Shown: positions 1 through 13,700 of the stretch, piece after piece
Position numbering within the stretch: the first letter of the stretch is position 1
How the letters are laid out: each line of letters opens with the position of its first letter
NCBI GenBank assembly: GCA_036172245.1
Contig: JAYWIR010000008.1
Coordinates: 1,240,001 to 1,304,000 of the forward strand
Direction of reading: 5' to 3'
Source: Raillietiella orientalis
Taxonomy: Eukaryota
DNA length: 64,000 bases
Notes under the pieces: generated by a model
The model's database searches: none
Told to the model about the DNA's origin: nothing
The model's input: the letters and a program-made list of their open reading frames with translations, nothing else
Translations under genes and position numbers: made by a program

Positions 1-96
1 GCGCTCCAGGACCCTGCAGCCTCTCTCTACATCTCCCTCTTCATCCCCCTTTTATTTGCGACGGGTGGGCCAGCGCGGAAGGCAGGTTGGCTTGGG

Positions 97-3000
97 TCAT
101 CTCGGAATCAGCCCGGAGACCAGGCTGTCAATGGCTGCCGGGTCCTCCAGGGTGGAGAGGTCGCCCAGGTCGGCGTCGCCACGCACGACGCAGCGCAGCA
201 CCCGCCTCATGATCTTCCCGGACCTCGTCTTGGGCAGGATGCCGGTCACCTGGATGAAGTCGGGCGCCGCAAACGTGCCGATCCTGCGGGAGACTGCAAC
301 CCACCCGTTGGGCCCTCGCGCCGCCGCCGCCGCCCCTCTCCGCCCACCCGCTCCCACACTGGGAGGAGGGGTGGACGAAGGCGACGGAGGGGCCGGCGGG
401 CGAGGTGAGCAAGTTGGGATACGCCGAAGGGGAAGCTGCCGCCCCTCCTCCTCCTCGTCCTTCCGGGAGTAGGAATGGGAAGGGGGGGAGAGAAGGGAGG
501 AGGGGAAGGGGAAACTCACCCAGCGTTCTGAGGTCCTCCAGGAGCTGCTCCTGGTGCCGGGTAGCAGTGCCCTCGATCGGCACGACGAAACAGTAGAGAG
601 CCTCTCCCTTGACCGGGTGCAGGCGGGACACGGCAGCGGCCTCGGCGACGAGCGGGTGCTCCGTCAGTACACCCTCGATCTCCGCTGTGCTCAGTAGATG
701 ACCCGACACGTTCACCATGTCATCCGTGCGGCCGGTGACCCAGAAGTAGCCGTCGGCGTCCCGGTAGGCTCCTGGCGAGAAGTGAATCGAGGGGGCTGCG
801 TCCCCCACGCGCCCCTGGGCACAACGCACCATCGCCGCAAGAGTAGAATCCCGGGAACGACCGGAAATACAGGTCGGCGAAGCGCCCGTGGTCGCCGTGC
901 AGGGTCATGGCCATGCCCGGGTTGGGGCGACGCAGAACGAGGGCGCCCGTCTCGCCCGTGGCGGCCTCCCGCCCGTCGCACTCTCTCAGGACGGACGCTT
1001 CCACGCCGAAGAAGGGCAGTGTGGCGCTGCCGGGCTTCGTGGGCGTGGCACCCGGGAGCGGAGCCAGCAGGGGCCCTCCAGTCTCCGTCTGCCAGTAGGT
1101 GTCCAGAACGGAACAGCGGCCCCTGCCCACGAACTGGTGGTACCAGCGCCACACCTCCGGACCGATGGGTTCTCCCGCGGTGCCCAGGATCTTCAGAGAC
1201 TCCAGGGAGCAGCTGGAAAGGAAGCAGGAACCCGGGTTCCTTTACCTTTGGAGTGACCCCAGCGAGACCCACCGGCCCAGTCCCTTTTCTCCGTGCTGCA
1301 TGAACGTGCGGATGGCCGTCGGCGCCGTGTAGAACTTGCTGACCTGGCACTGGTCCACGATGCTCCAGGCGCGGAAGGGGTCCGGGACGAAAAGGTTCCC
1401 CTCAAACTGCGCCACCCCCACCCTGACCCTCAGGCTAACCGTTCCACCCCTTCCTTCCCTCTGTCTTTACCAGAACGCTGGTGGCTCCGTTGAGCAGGGG
1501 GCCGTACACCACGAAGGTATGCCCCATGATCCAGCCGATGTCCGCGGTGCACCAGTGCACGTCGTCCGGCTGGTGGTCGAAGACGTAAGTGTGGGACACT
1601 CCTGCGTACACCATGTATCCGCCCACAGAGTGGACCAGTCCCTTGGGCTGCCCCATGGATCCGCTGGGTAAGAAAACGTTGTCACGAAGGCGCACAGCCA
1701 CCGCGCGCCCCCCAGGGGGGGGGATGGGAAAGAGGAGCCCCGGACCCGCTCTTCTTCCCTCCCCTCTCGCCCTCCTCCAGTAAGTGACCTCGGGGCCAAG
1801 CCAACAGGCTCATCCCTCACCCTACGGTGTGTCTCCCGGTGCTCAGGGGCAGGCAAGGGGAGGAGAGGAGGAGTTTCTGCGGAGGAAGAGACCCTCACTG
1901 CCCGCGCTGCTGACCTGGTGAACAGCAGGAAGAGGGGGTCGCAGGCGTCCACCCACTCGGGAGCGCAGTGCTTCTCGGCGCCCTCCATCAGCTCCTCCCA
2001 GCTGAGGTGCGTCCGACCGGGGTGCAGGTGCGGTCGCCTCTACAAGGAGAAAGGGGGCAGAATTTCACCCTTCCTGCGTGCTTCTCCCTTCCCTGCGTGC
2101 AGAAATGTCAGGGAGGGGCCCTTACTGGTTCCTCTCGAGCCAGCGACCCGCCGGAGGCAACCCGCTTCGAGTGGTCCAGGACGATGCTCTGGAGGAAGTG
2201 GCCGTTCTTTTCGCATGTGTCCAGGGCTGAAGGTGGAAGATGCACCTGCAGGACGGCGCCGCAGGCCTCCCCCTCCCCCTTGTTGCCTACCGCGGTCCAC
2301 GATCTGCCTCAGGTCCACAAACCTGACTCCCCGCCAGAAGCCGTCCGCGGACACCAGCAGCGAGCATCGCATGGCGAGCAGCCTCAGGGAAAGCGCGTTG
2401 TCCGAGAAGCCGGCGAACTGCAAGAGGAAGCGAGTGGTCAGTCGGCCGCCGCCGTGCTCTCCCGGTCCATCGGCCGCAGTTCAAATCGGGAGGGTGTCCA
2501 AGAGCTTATTCTCTCAGGAGACGACGGAGGGTGAGCGGACATGGGGCATGGGGGAGATGGAAGGGAGAAGACGCCTTTGGAACGCGCTGCGTGAGCCTGA
2601 GGTGGACCAGATTGCGGCCCGTCTCGGGAGGCCTCCTCCGAAGCAGATAAAACGCCCGCGGGCATGCAGAACTGAGCAGATTTGCTGATTGAACTCAGGC
2701 CAACCTGACGCTCTAGGACTCCCCCCCCTCCCCCCCATCTATCTGGACTCACCGCCGAACCATGCCGCTGTTCCGGGAGCGGAAAAGACCAACCGATTGA
2801 GCAAGCACCCTGAGGCGCCAAAGCGGTCTCCACTCCATCTGAAAGATGGAGCCAAAGAAGGATCGCCAGGACCAGAATCGGGGTGCGGGGGGTCTTGTGG
2901 GAAGGTGAAGCGAGCGGCGCATAGCCGCAGGGTGGCGCCAGTCACCAAGCCAGCGGCAGCATCTCCGGGGAGGGGGTGAGCGGGAGGGGAGAGAGGGCAT

Positions 3001-4649
3001 CATGAGAGCAGGGAGCACGAGCGCTCCCTCTGGCTTCCCCCATGCACGATGAAGTGCCTCCTTCTCATGAGCTTCCCGTGACCCGGGAGGATGAGCGCGC
3101 GGGTCGGGGGGGGGGGGGAGGGATATACCACCGCTGGAGGAGGAGGGGAGACGGGGATGAGGAAATCCTCAAAAGTGGCAAAAAAAACAGCCTGTTGGGA
3201 AGGAAACCACCGTGCTGGATCACACGCAGGATGGGGCCGTGTGGAAGGAGCGAACGAACGTGGGAAAAGGGAGAAGAGATGGTTTCCCAGTAAAAGCGGA
3301 GACGAGACGAGACGGTCGTCATGGGATACGCGTTGGCGGAAACGTCTGCAGTGCATGCAGGGAGGTTCGAGGAGGGAGGGGGGGGGAGAGAAGGAAAGGG
3401 CTTTTCCACCTCTGTCTCTGGAAGCAAGGAGCGGAAAAACGTACAGTGGGGGGCAGGGTGGGCCAGGGTCGACCGGCTCCTTGCGCCCAGCTTTGAAACT
3501 GTCGCGCCGCCGGCGCACGGGAGGTGGTTCCTCCCTTTCCCCTTCCGTTTCGGGACATACAAGAGCACCACAATGAGAGCGATTTACGCCCCCTGCCCTT
3601 CCGGGCTGCATTCCTTCCGAGGGGACCAGGTGAGATCGACCCGAGCGACGAGCGCAGGAGTCCCCACAGAGCTCTTCCGGCGGCAGCCCGGCGATTCCCG
3701 GGCGGAAGACTCAGAAGAGAGGGCGGTTGAATGGACTGCGGGGAGGAGTCATGGACTGACCACCACGGTGTGCGCGGCTCCGATCCTGACGCACGCCAGC
3801 ATCGCCACCACGATCTCTATGATGCCCGGCATGTAGATCGCCACGGAGTCACCTCGCCGGATGCCCAAGGCCATGAGCACGTTGGCGAACTTGCAGACCT
3901 GCTCCAGGAGCTCTTCGTAGGTGATGGATCGGCGGTCGTCGGGGTGGTTTCCCTCCCTCGAATTGAACCGGTCCGTGAGTGCGGCCTCCGCGCCCCGCGC
4001 CCGTCTACTTGCCAGTGGAAGGCCACCTTGGATCCCAGAGCCCTCTCGAACACGTTGCGATCCAGGGCGTTGTAGCAGAGGTTGGTCTTGCCGCCTTCGA
4101 ACCACCGGATGTCTATTGGACCACGCTCCACGTCGAAATTGAACTGGAGGAGAGGTGGCTCTGGCACCTTCTTCCAGAAGAACCTCCTCGCCATCTCCCC
4201 CCAGAAGTCGTCCGGTTTGCTGATGGACAGCTCATGGAGTCTCCGATATTCTTCCAAGGAGCGAACGTGGGACTCGCTGACGATTCTTTCCAGGGGATGG
4301 TAGACCGAGCTCTCATGGCCAGTGCTGCACAGACGCCTGGCAATAGCAGGAAGAGGGTTCCTGAAAGACGGAAGACATGAACGGGATCTGGTTCCTCATA
4401 GTCGGTGGTGCGTTGCCTCCGAAGTGGAAAAATAAGGGTTCTTATGGGGACTCCAGAAACCTGCCCCCCCTCCTTATAAATGGGAGGGGGAGAGGGAAAG
4501 GCACACTCCTTCGTAAAGAACACCATTCATTGCAAAACGCCGTCTTGTGTTGTGACGGACCATGAAGAAAGAAAAGCCGTCGCATGACTGACGGAGAGCA
4601 GCAGCAGCAACAACAGCAGCAGAGTCCGCTGCAGCACCGGCGCACGCAT
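97..4649 (-). CDS. Acetyl-CoA synthetase (acetate-CoA ligase, ACSS/AcCoAS-like), about 11 exons
   Basis: Manual splicing: 4649-4561 (tentative), 4360-4013, 3956-3761, 2417-2291, 2226-2126, 2039-1915, 1663-1471, 1406-1273 (alternative donor at 1246), 1211-830, 771-520, 293-97. The frame stays continuous and gives [103 protein letters not shown] and [12 protein letters not shown]. Exon 1 is less certain than the rest. Confidence 0.92.
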
Positions 4650-4657
4650 GGGAAATC

Positions 4658-4728
4658 TGACGTCAAAGAATGGTTGCCGCACTTCCCGGGATGACGTGAC
4701 GTTGGAGGCGCGATTTCCAGGCACGTCA
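4658..4728. promoter_or_regulatory. Cluster of CRE/ATF-like motifs upstream of the putative ACS start
   Basis: A perfect TGACGTCA palindrome lies at 4658-4665, with TGACGTGACGT near 4692 and CACGTCA near 4722. Function is inferred from motif match only. Confidence 0.35.
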
Positions 4729-7700
4729 CATCTGCGATGAGAACACAAGCGATTGTTCCCTCGGATCTATTGGTGGCTGCCCACTTTCATGAGGAAGAAG
4801 GGAAGATAAAGTGGAGCGCACGTTTCTCCAGCGAAACCGTAGAGCGGCTGAAGCGGAAGGTCCACAGCGCGTCCACCTATTGACCCATCGGACCAGCAAG
4901 TCATCCTGTGCACCGTGCCCTTTCGTCGATGAGCTTCCTTCCTCTGCTTCAGCAGTAACTTGGCGAACGAGACGGCCACCGTTCCGGTAAAGGACTGCGG
5001 TCCCCTTCTTCCAGGCTCGCGGTTGGGAACTTCATTCTCTGGGAGAGAGGTTTCGAGCGGTATGCAAATCCGGAGGCCCGACCCACTTTCAGAACTCTTT
5101 CCCATTTGAGCACTCTGGAAAGACCGTAGGCACTCCAGATGCACCACTTCTTGGCTCCATCGCTCCTCGTTCTCGTACATCAAGATTGACCAAACGCCAT
5201 TCGATGCTCGTGCCTTGAATCCTTCACCTTTCTCTTATTCAAGGCTTGCTGCTTTGCGTCTCGGCCACGCGGGTATCGTCCGCAATCATTCTGATGTCAC
5301 CTAATCAATTTATGCGTGATTGGGCCTCGGACAAAGGACAGGCTCCGACGAGATTCCGCGCAATTATGCCTTGCATTTTTAATCACAGGATGCATAGGGA
5401 TCGGTGCAAGTCTTCGAATGAAGGCACTGAGACGTGTCCTTGCAGCGAACCCGTCTCAGAGAATCAAATGACCGACAAACCGTTTTCGCCAACACAAACC
5501 CCGCACTATAATAAGTAGTCTAAAAGGTACTATGATACAAGATCTCCCGAGATCTTCTCATCCACGAGAAAGGCTGCTGGCACGCGTTGAATTCTCTACG
5601 TTTGCCATTTGTTTTTTCCTTTTTCTTCCCCGTTACTCGGTACGCGAATCAACTCATAGCTTGGCGTTTGTGAGCCTTTGAACACGTCATGACCCCGGTT
5701 CACCAAACCAGACGTAAGAAAACGAGGGAACAGAAAACACGAAGACAGAAATCTCACGTAATGCGCGCGAATTATCACGTGTAAAAGAGATCTTGTCTCT
5801 TCCTTCCTCTTCCACCTCATTCCTCACGATACTAAGGTAACAGATGATCAGCCTTGGGGCGAGATTCGTCTTCCGTTTTCGAATCAGCTTCTCGACTTTT
5901 ATTATCTTAGACGGAGCGGTACAGATCGTCGTCCGAGAGGACCTGCACACAACGAATGAATTTCAGGGACGCCTCGCCGCGAATCCGGCGCCCCAACGAC
6001 GCATGACCTAAAAGTCACATGAGCCCATTTATGGCTAAAGTGGGATCAGCACACAGAGGGAGATAGAGAGATGATGACTGCTCGATTCAACTAAAAGATA
6101 ATTGCGACCCGGTCACCCACGGAAGATTTGTGTGTGCGTGTGTGGGTGTGTGCACGCCGAGCTAGGATGTGTACACCTCAGCATCACCCCTTACGGAGAA
6201 CGCCCGCATAGAAGTGCTCGTTAAAAGGCAACCATTCCCACGAAAATTTTTCGCAGTCTCCCCGCACCGAACGGAGTTCTCGAGATTCTGAGTTCGGGCA
6301 TTCTGAGCTCGGGGGAAGAGCGCATCATAGGGAATGCTGGAAACACTTTAAAATAACGGCCCCCTCTGCAAGGTGTGCTTTGGCTTGGCTGATTTTCTCT
6401 TGCTTGTCTGTTTGTTTCCTGGAGCAAACGCGAGCAAACAAAGATGGCTCCCCTGAGCTGTTTACCGGCGTCTCTTTCAGGCTGACACCGTTCGGTGCTC
6501 CCTGCGTTTCCCGGGAAGCGAAAGGGCAAGTCGGACGAAATTGGGGCTTACCTGTTCTCCAAAATCCTGACCACGTGGCACCGCACGTGGTCCGACTTCG
6601 AGAAGAGAGGCAGCAGCCGCAGAAGCATCTGCGAGAAGGAATCAGCTTGGGAGGGGGAGGAGGGGGGGGGAGCACCTCAGCCCCTCGGCTTGCTGTTGGC
6701 CCCTTTCTTAGACGCTGAATTTTCGGCAGCCTCTGATCGGGCGCGCGCGACACCGAACCGAAACCGAAGGTGTCAAAAGATTGACAGCCATCGAAAAGAA
6801 AAGACTCGTGAAGAGAACCGGAATCGAATGGCACCATCAAAGAAGCGAGAGAACGTCACAAGCACTTGGGAGCACCTTACCTTACATGCAAAGGAGCCAA
6901 AAGGCCGGGTGGAACTATTACCGAAAATTTCTGCTCGGGTGCGCTTAATCCTTTGTAATTCAAATAAATTTTACGTGGTTGTACCTTTCTGCAATCAAAA
7001 CTTATTCCAACGACTGGAAATAAGTTTGCAATCCAATCGTATTAAATTTCAAGCTCCTATCACAAGTAATAAAGGGGGGGGGGGCAACAGTTTTAAATGC
7101 TCCACGTTACCGCAGGTTTTCGTTCAAGGCGTTGCGCATGCGCGCGTCGAGAGCAGGGTTGACTCTGCTGTTTTTTATTTTTCCCGTTTTTTCGCTGCAT
7201 TTGCTGCGCACTTTCGAAAGTCGCAGTTTGGTGATTTGGCCCACACATGTTAAGATGCAGAAATATTCAAAGAGGACCTGGGATAAGCGCCGGGCGCCGA
7301 AGATTATTCCCTTTAGCACGATGCAAACATGAAGCAGAACGCATTGATTCTGGTAATTGACAAAAACGCATTGCAGATGAATAATGCAATTCCCACACAG
7401 AATCTTTTTAATAGGACTATCCTTGGGGAATTCAAATAGACGAGCGAATCATGAATTTGGATTCGTAAACTCAGGTGATGCGGACAGAATGCTTCCATAA
7501 CCATGACATAATAAGTTTCTACTGTATTCCACTTCGAACCGCCACCGTACAATTTTCACACTGTAATATTTATTGCCTTGGTAAAAGTTGCGTGCCGTTT
7601 CGCGTGGCAACCGAGCGGAGTGCGTCCAGGGTCACAAGCAACAGGGGTGCTCCGGCGTTTGCGAGCCGCGTTGTTTCAGTGAGAGTGGTGTTGAGCACGC

Positions 7701-10700
7701 CGCACGCGTGTTTCCTGCTCCAAAGTCGTCGTCCGGTAAGGCCTCTCAGGTGTGTATCGGGTCATGGGCTCCCGCTAAGCTCTTCTCAGCCAGGAGTGCC
7801 AGAACACACACACACAAAAAAAAATCCAATCGGGAAGGACGGGGAAGGGAGGGGGGGAACGCCACGAATTGGCACGTCGAATCTCCCTTTCGTTCTGTAG
7901 CACCTTCCGTGGAACCAGAGAGTGAACCAGGCATCATCGCGGGAGAAGCTCGTGCTGCCTCCCTATGTGCCCTCGGATCTGCCTTAGAGTAGGAGGAGAA
8001 AGCTAGGGAAACGAAAAGACCGTTCCCGCCAACCTTCTAGCTTCGAGAAAGGAGCCGCGCAGTCGCACGGCTGTTTGCTGTGTTCGCTGTGCAGGGTTGC
8101 GAGAGCATCTACGATCGGAGCATGATCTCCGCACTGGGAGTACGAAAAACCTGAAAATGGAAGAGCGTACGCGCTTCGCAGCAGCCGCTGAAGCACGTCG
8201 CCCCGAGGCGTTCCAGAACCAGCAAATGCGTTCTTTGCTTAGTTCCTTCCCCTGTCGCGCCGACGCCCGCCCCCTTGGTCCTCGGCGGCTGCGAGGAGGG
8301 TGCGCTCGGGACAAGCGAAGGAGATTGTCTGCATGAGAATCGCAAAATGCCAGTCCGCTCAGGGGGAAAGGGGGGGGAGGAGCATTCTCCGGGAACCGCG
8401 GATCTCTCCCAGGACTTCGAGCGTCTCCTGGATGGGCTGGTCCGGACCTAGCAAGTTGCGACACCTCTCTCTTGGGGACTTTCCGGCTGTCACGTCACCT
8501 CCCACCCTACTCCTCCACCGGAAGCTTCTCTCCTCTGTACATTCGTCTCTGTGCAGGCAGCTGGTGAGTCGTCTCGGTCGCTCATCCTCTCCGCGTCTCG
8601 GGGCGCGGTCTTCCCGGGGAAACCGTCGCGTCCGGGGGTGGGGGATCTGGCGGCCAATTTGGGTGGAGTGCCGCGGCGCAGAGATTACCGGAGGGCTGGG
8701 GCTCCCTCCCGGGGATCGGTTCGGAGACTGCGACCGTTTCGTGGCCGCTGCGCTCGATCGCCCTCTCTCCGATTTTCCTCCCCCCCCCCCCCCCCCCAGC
8801 TTTTCTACTTCGGGGGTGCTCGCGTGCGCCTTCCCGAGTTCCCTTCGGTCAGCTGCCGATTGTCACGAGGATTTCCTGTTTGTACCAGAAACATCTGACC
8901 CTTCGTCTCTCCGTTGTCCTTCCTCCCGTCCGATCCACCAAAGCTGCTCCGCGGTCTCCGTAAGACGTGGGTATTTCCTACACCCTAGAGGTCAGCACGG
9001 CTTCCAGCACTCCCCATTTCGGGTCCTCTGCCAAGCCGTCGAGCACGGGAGTCACCCCGGCTTCTTTCCCGTCCAAGGGTCTCCGCAGCTCCGTCATGTT
9101 GCTCGGCACCTGGCTGCCGAAGGACGGACCGGCATTACCGCCTGCTCAAAGACGAAAATCACGTGGTTGGCTCGACGAACCGGATCAAACTGCTCCTGCG
9201 ACTCAAAACCGCAGGACTGGACCTTGGACGGCATCCTCTTTTCCACCCTTTGACAAGATTCCGCAAGGACGATTAAAATGAAATTAGATGTGCATCATCA
9301 TCTCCATTTATACTTAAAGTGGACTCATTAGTGAATATGTTGGAACACTGGGCTCTAATCGATTATTCTGGTTTGATTGACGTGCTTTCTTCTTCTTAAA
9401 AACAGAACAACAAAAAAAAAAACCAAACTGAATCCCCGTTTTCTTTTTCTTTTTTTCAAACTCTCGCGCCGCCTTGAATTTAAGACGCTGACTGGCCATT
9501 CTTGTATTGCACTGATAATTGTTCCCAAAAAGACAAGAGAGAAATCAGTTATTACCACACATAGCTGATGTACACGCTGTTTGCTGGAGTGCAAGAACGT
9601 AACTCCTGGAGGAGAGGAAATCGCGTTGCAATCTGATTGGGCAACCCTTTGAGTTTATGCTTTCTGTTAGCGCTCCAATCTGCCACACTCCCTTTGCGTC
9701 GCAGATGCAATCGCGGTGTTCCAGCGGAGGAAGACGCAGAGCGGTGTTTCCGCAATGCGGGATGGAAATTCCTGTTTGCGGTCTCAAGAGATCAAGTTGC
9801 ACGCTCTCTCCCACTGGAAGCGGCGTGAGACGTTGCCGTGTGGATCAAGATCGTCTGGTTTCAGAACGACGAAGCAACTGGACTGGAAGCCAGCAAGAAG
9901 ATACGCTTCCATGGGGACTGCTACTGCGAAAAGGAAAAATTCTTCCCCTCCCCTTCCCCCGCTTTCGAGTGTCCTTATGGAAGGATCGGAGCTGTGCAGT
10001 TTAGAAGATACGGCAGCTTCGCACCATTTGTAATGTACAGTCGAATTTGCTGCCGGCAGCAAATCAATGTAAATGATGGGAATCAGAGGTCATTTGAAGG
10101 ACACGTACCAAATTATACTGGGATGTTTACATGTAGTCGAAAGGCGAGTCTCGAATGCCATTTCAATCAGGGGATGTTGATGTGCCTTCTAATGATGCAT
10201 TGAAAACAAGAAAGTAAATAAACCGTTAACCGTTTGCACGTGAATAATCAGACAAGGTTTTAATCATCTTTGCTGAAATCCTTATACACATTCACTACCA
10301 TAAATCATAAAAAGTTCCTAATGCGCTGCATCATTCTCAATTCAGGGAGACGTTCAGTGCATTCAGTGTTTCTGCGGAAGTAATTCCTAAACATGTGCAA
10401 GCTTCCTGCTTGTTCTTCTTCCAAAAGGAGGGCGAAACTGAACCACTGAAGGCAATAGAACCCAAAGACAAATCGTGATCTACAAAATCCACTGATTACT
10501 ATAGCAGTTACGAAAAACGTACTTGTAATGAGTTTGAGCCAAGCGAATATAAACGTATTCTCATGATATTCTTTTATAGTGCAACTCTGCTCGTACACAG
10601 TGCACAAAGAAGAACCCAATAGTGCCATTTCGCTAAGAACGGTATTCATTCACTGTGTAGAGTTTCAGAAACATCGGCACAAAATCACCTTGAGAACTAA

Positions 10701-13700
10701 GCCAGCTTTTGACTCTGATGGGGGAGAGGGGAGGGGGGGAGAGGGAAGAAGCTAGGGATGCAAATTTCATAAGGAGAATCTGGAAATCTGTGTTCCGCAT
10801 CGGCAACTGGCATCTCTTCTGAAGCACCAAGATGAAATTACGGACGCTCACTTATCGAGAATTTTGCCGTGACACGACGAAATACAAAAGAGCCCATTTC
10901 CGTATGATAGGAGCCCATCTGATTCGGAGGAGTCTTTTTGGCATAGTAATATCTTCGGCATGCGCAGTTTTGAGATGCATAAGGCAATTCATCCAGGATG
11001 GTTCTCTGTGAATGGAATCACTTGCATTTGTATACGTGTGACATATTTGCCTGAAGGTACCCGATGCTCTGTTCGTACATGAAGTTACTTTCTGTTACTT
11101 AGGTAGAGTCAGTCTGCAGTTTTCTACTGGGCGAACCCGTTCGTGTAGTAAACAAATCACATCGTATTATGTCAGTTAGCTATGATTCAAATTAACGAGC
11201 ATTAATGATCAGTTTTTAGATGACATAGTCCATTTGCATTTCACGCGAAGTACAATTCGCATTCCATTGGGATGCTCTCACAACTCCTTCAGGAGGGTAC
11301 AGAGACAGAAGAAAGCAGTTTCTTGTGCCACTACAGATTCGACGATCCCTGCTGAAAATAGGTGCATGACGTTAAGCATGAGAAACGCCTTTAAAAATAA
11401 TTCGACTGGTTTAATTGTGGACGAGGATCAAAGAAGAAACCGATACGGTTTGGATTGGTTTTAGAAAAGGACTCCAGGAGCCCGCGAGAAGTTAAACAGA
11501 GCAGCTGAATGAAATTTCGGTACGAAAGACATCCCAGAGAGAAGAAGCAATCGGTTACAGAACCTTCGCAAAGACAGGAAAAGCCAAGGTGGGATTCGGT
11601 TACATCGGATACGTAGGGGCGGCGGTAGCAACGAAATTTTTCCGAGGAAGTCCAGGGTTGAGCAGCGGTCAGAATCCTGAAGACTGGCGGATGGAATCTT
11701 CGATGGCGGCCGTAGGCAACGTTCGGATTTCGGAAGAAGATCTCCCTCTTTTCCGTTCGTGCAGCAGCAGCCAAAAGACGTTTCGGGCTAAACGATTTGT
11801 TTAGGTGAATTTCCTAGGCATGCACGTACCACTAGAGCTTCGGGCCCTACGCCGAAGCGTAAACCACAACGTACCCTCGAAATGCAGCAAATTAAAACAA
11901 ACATTCAGGGGGCATAGGGATGCGAGCGAATTTGAAGGACTGGACAATTGTGCGCAGTGCTTCTGGAAAGACTGAAAGGGTTAAAAAATTTACCGACTTC
12001 ATAAATTCCCTAGTCCAGCTCAAGAAGTCCAAGCAGCAGCCTCCGATGGAAGTTGAGGTTTCCTTCTCCAAGGTGAAGATTTAAGAAATACTGAAGTATT
12101 CGGCTAATTATTCAAAATGACAGAAATTCATCTTTTCCGAACATTCGGGAACGGATATGAGCACGAACCTTCCTTTAACAGGCAGGAATCAAATAACAGC
12201 ATTTGCACTCCAAATAGAATTTTCTATTCCACCAACCGAGCTGCATACATTCTATATATTTTTCATACATATATTATGCTATTGGTATTCTTTATATTAT
12301 TTAAATTCGTTCGTACAAAGATATCTAAACTAAACTTCATTAGGAAAAGTTCTATTAAAAGAATGCTGAATTCTGTAATGAATGAGTTCGGCTCATTTCT
12401 AGGGAATGCTGCTGCAGTCTTGTTCTTTCAGCCTTCCATATGGAAGAGATGGAACTTGGTTCTAGGTAGAGTAATCATTAATGATTTAAAGCAACATTTG
12501 CATTTTCAAATAAATATGGCATCCCACTGTGCCAACCGTTTGAAACTGAGGAAAACAAATTTGTGGAGAAAACAAATCCTCCACAAACAAATCTTCTGGC
12601 AGAGATTTAAAACTGGTGTTCAGCCACAAGCAAAGTTCAGTATAAAGACTGTTTTGTTTACGCTAGCGGATGAATGGCGACTCGTAATTTGTGCCTGCAA
12701 AAATGATGAATGAACGTGCGTGGAGCTCTCTCGTTTCAAGCCTGAGTTTTGAAAGGGTACCTTGGCAGTACCGATGAAGGCGCGCCCCATTTCATTTAAA
12801 ATCAATCATTCCTCTTCTTTTTTTTTTCCTTTTTTTTTAGGTGTATTACGAAGAAGGGACATACAGATCAAACTCTGCAATGCACTTGTTGATAGCAAAT
12901 CCGACGTAGTCTCGTTGATTCTGGGCTTTCCGAATTCCACATTCCGGTTTCGAAACACGGAACAAAAAGATCATTGGCACAGAACCTTCGGAGTTGCTTA
13001 GCAACTTTCCTGGTTTAGATGGGTTGCGCTCCGGAGCGAGTCTGAAGATCCCTCATCAACTCTGCAGTGCTCTTGCTGAAAGCAAATTCGATGGCTGACT
13101 GAAATGAAAATTGAGAATCGTTTTGACCTTCGGGGTCGGCTTCGTTTGCAGAATGGAATATTTTGTTTTGAAGAAGAAACAGCCTCGGATGTGTAAAGCA
13201 TTCATTTACTTCTGACATGACTTGCTTCGCCGGATTTGTGTGGTCAGTTCAGCGATTGGCACCGTTGGCAGATAATCCTCAGATTCCGGTGAAAATGAAG
13301 CGGAGAGGCAAAGATTCTTACACGAAACTCGAGAGCGTTGCGAAACCAAATACGACGGTTGGATGGGAACACGAATAATAAATTGTGCTGTCTGCGTGAA
13401 ATAAAAAAACAAAAAAAAAAATGCAAGCCTGTCTTGGAATGGAAAGGCAGAAAAAGAGGAAACTTTGCGCACATTTCCGGAGAATTCCATTCGGCTGTCA
13501 CATTTATCGCAACACCGCAATGAATTTTTTATAGGCTTTGCGTTTCCGAATGCGTTAAGCGCCAGTTCATTAAAAATTCAACTTGACCTTTCAGAATTAC
13601 TCCCTGTTGCCTCTAAGTGAAGGAAGCGTAAAATCTGAATACTCACCCAAAAATCAATGCGCTTGCTTGGGGATTTAGAAAAAAAAAAAAAAAAAAGGCA

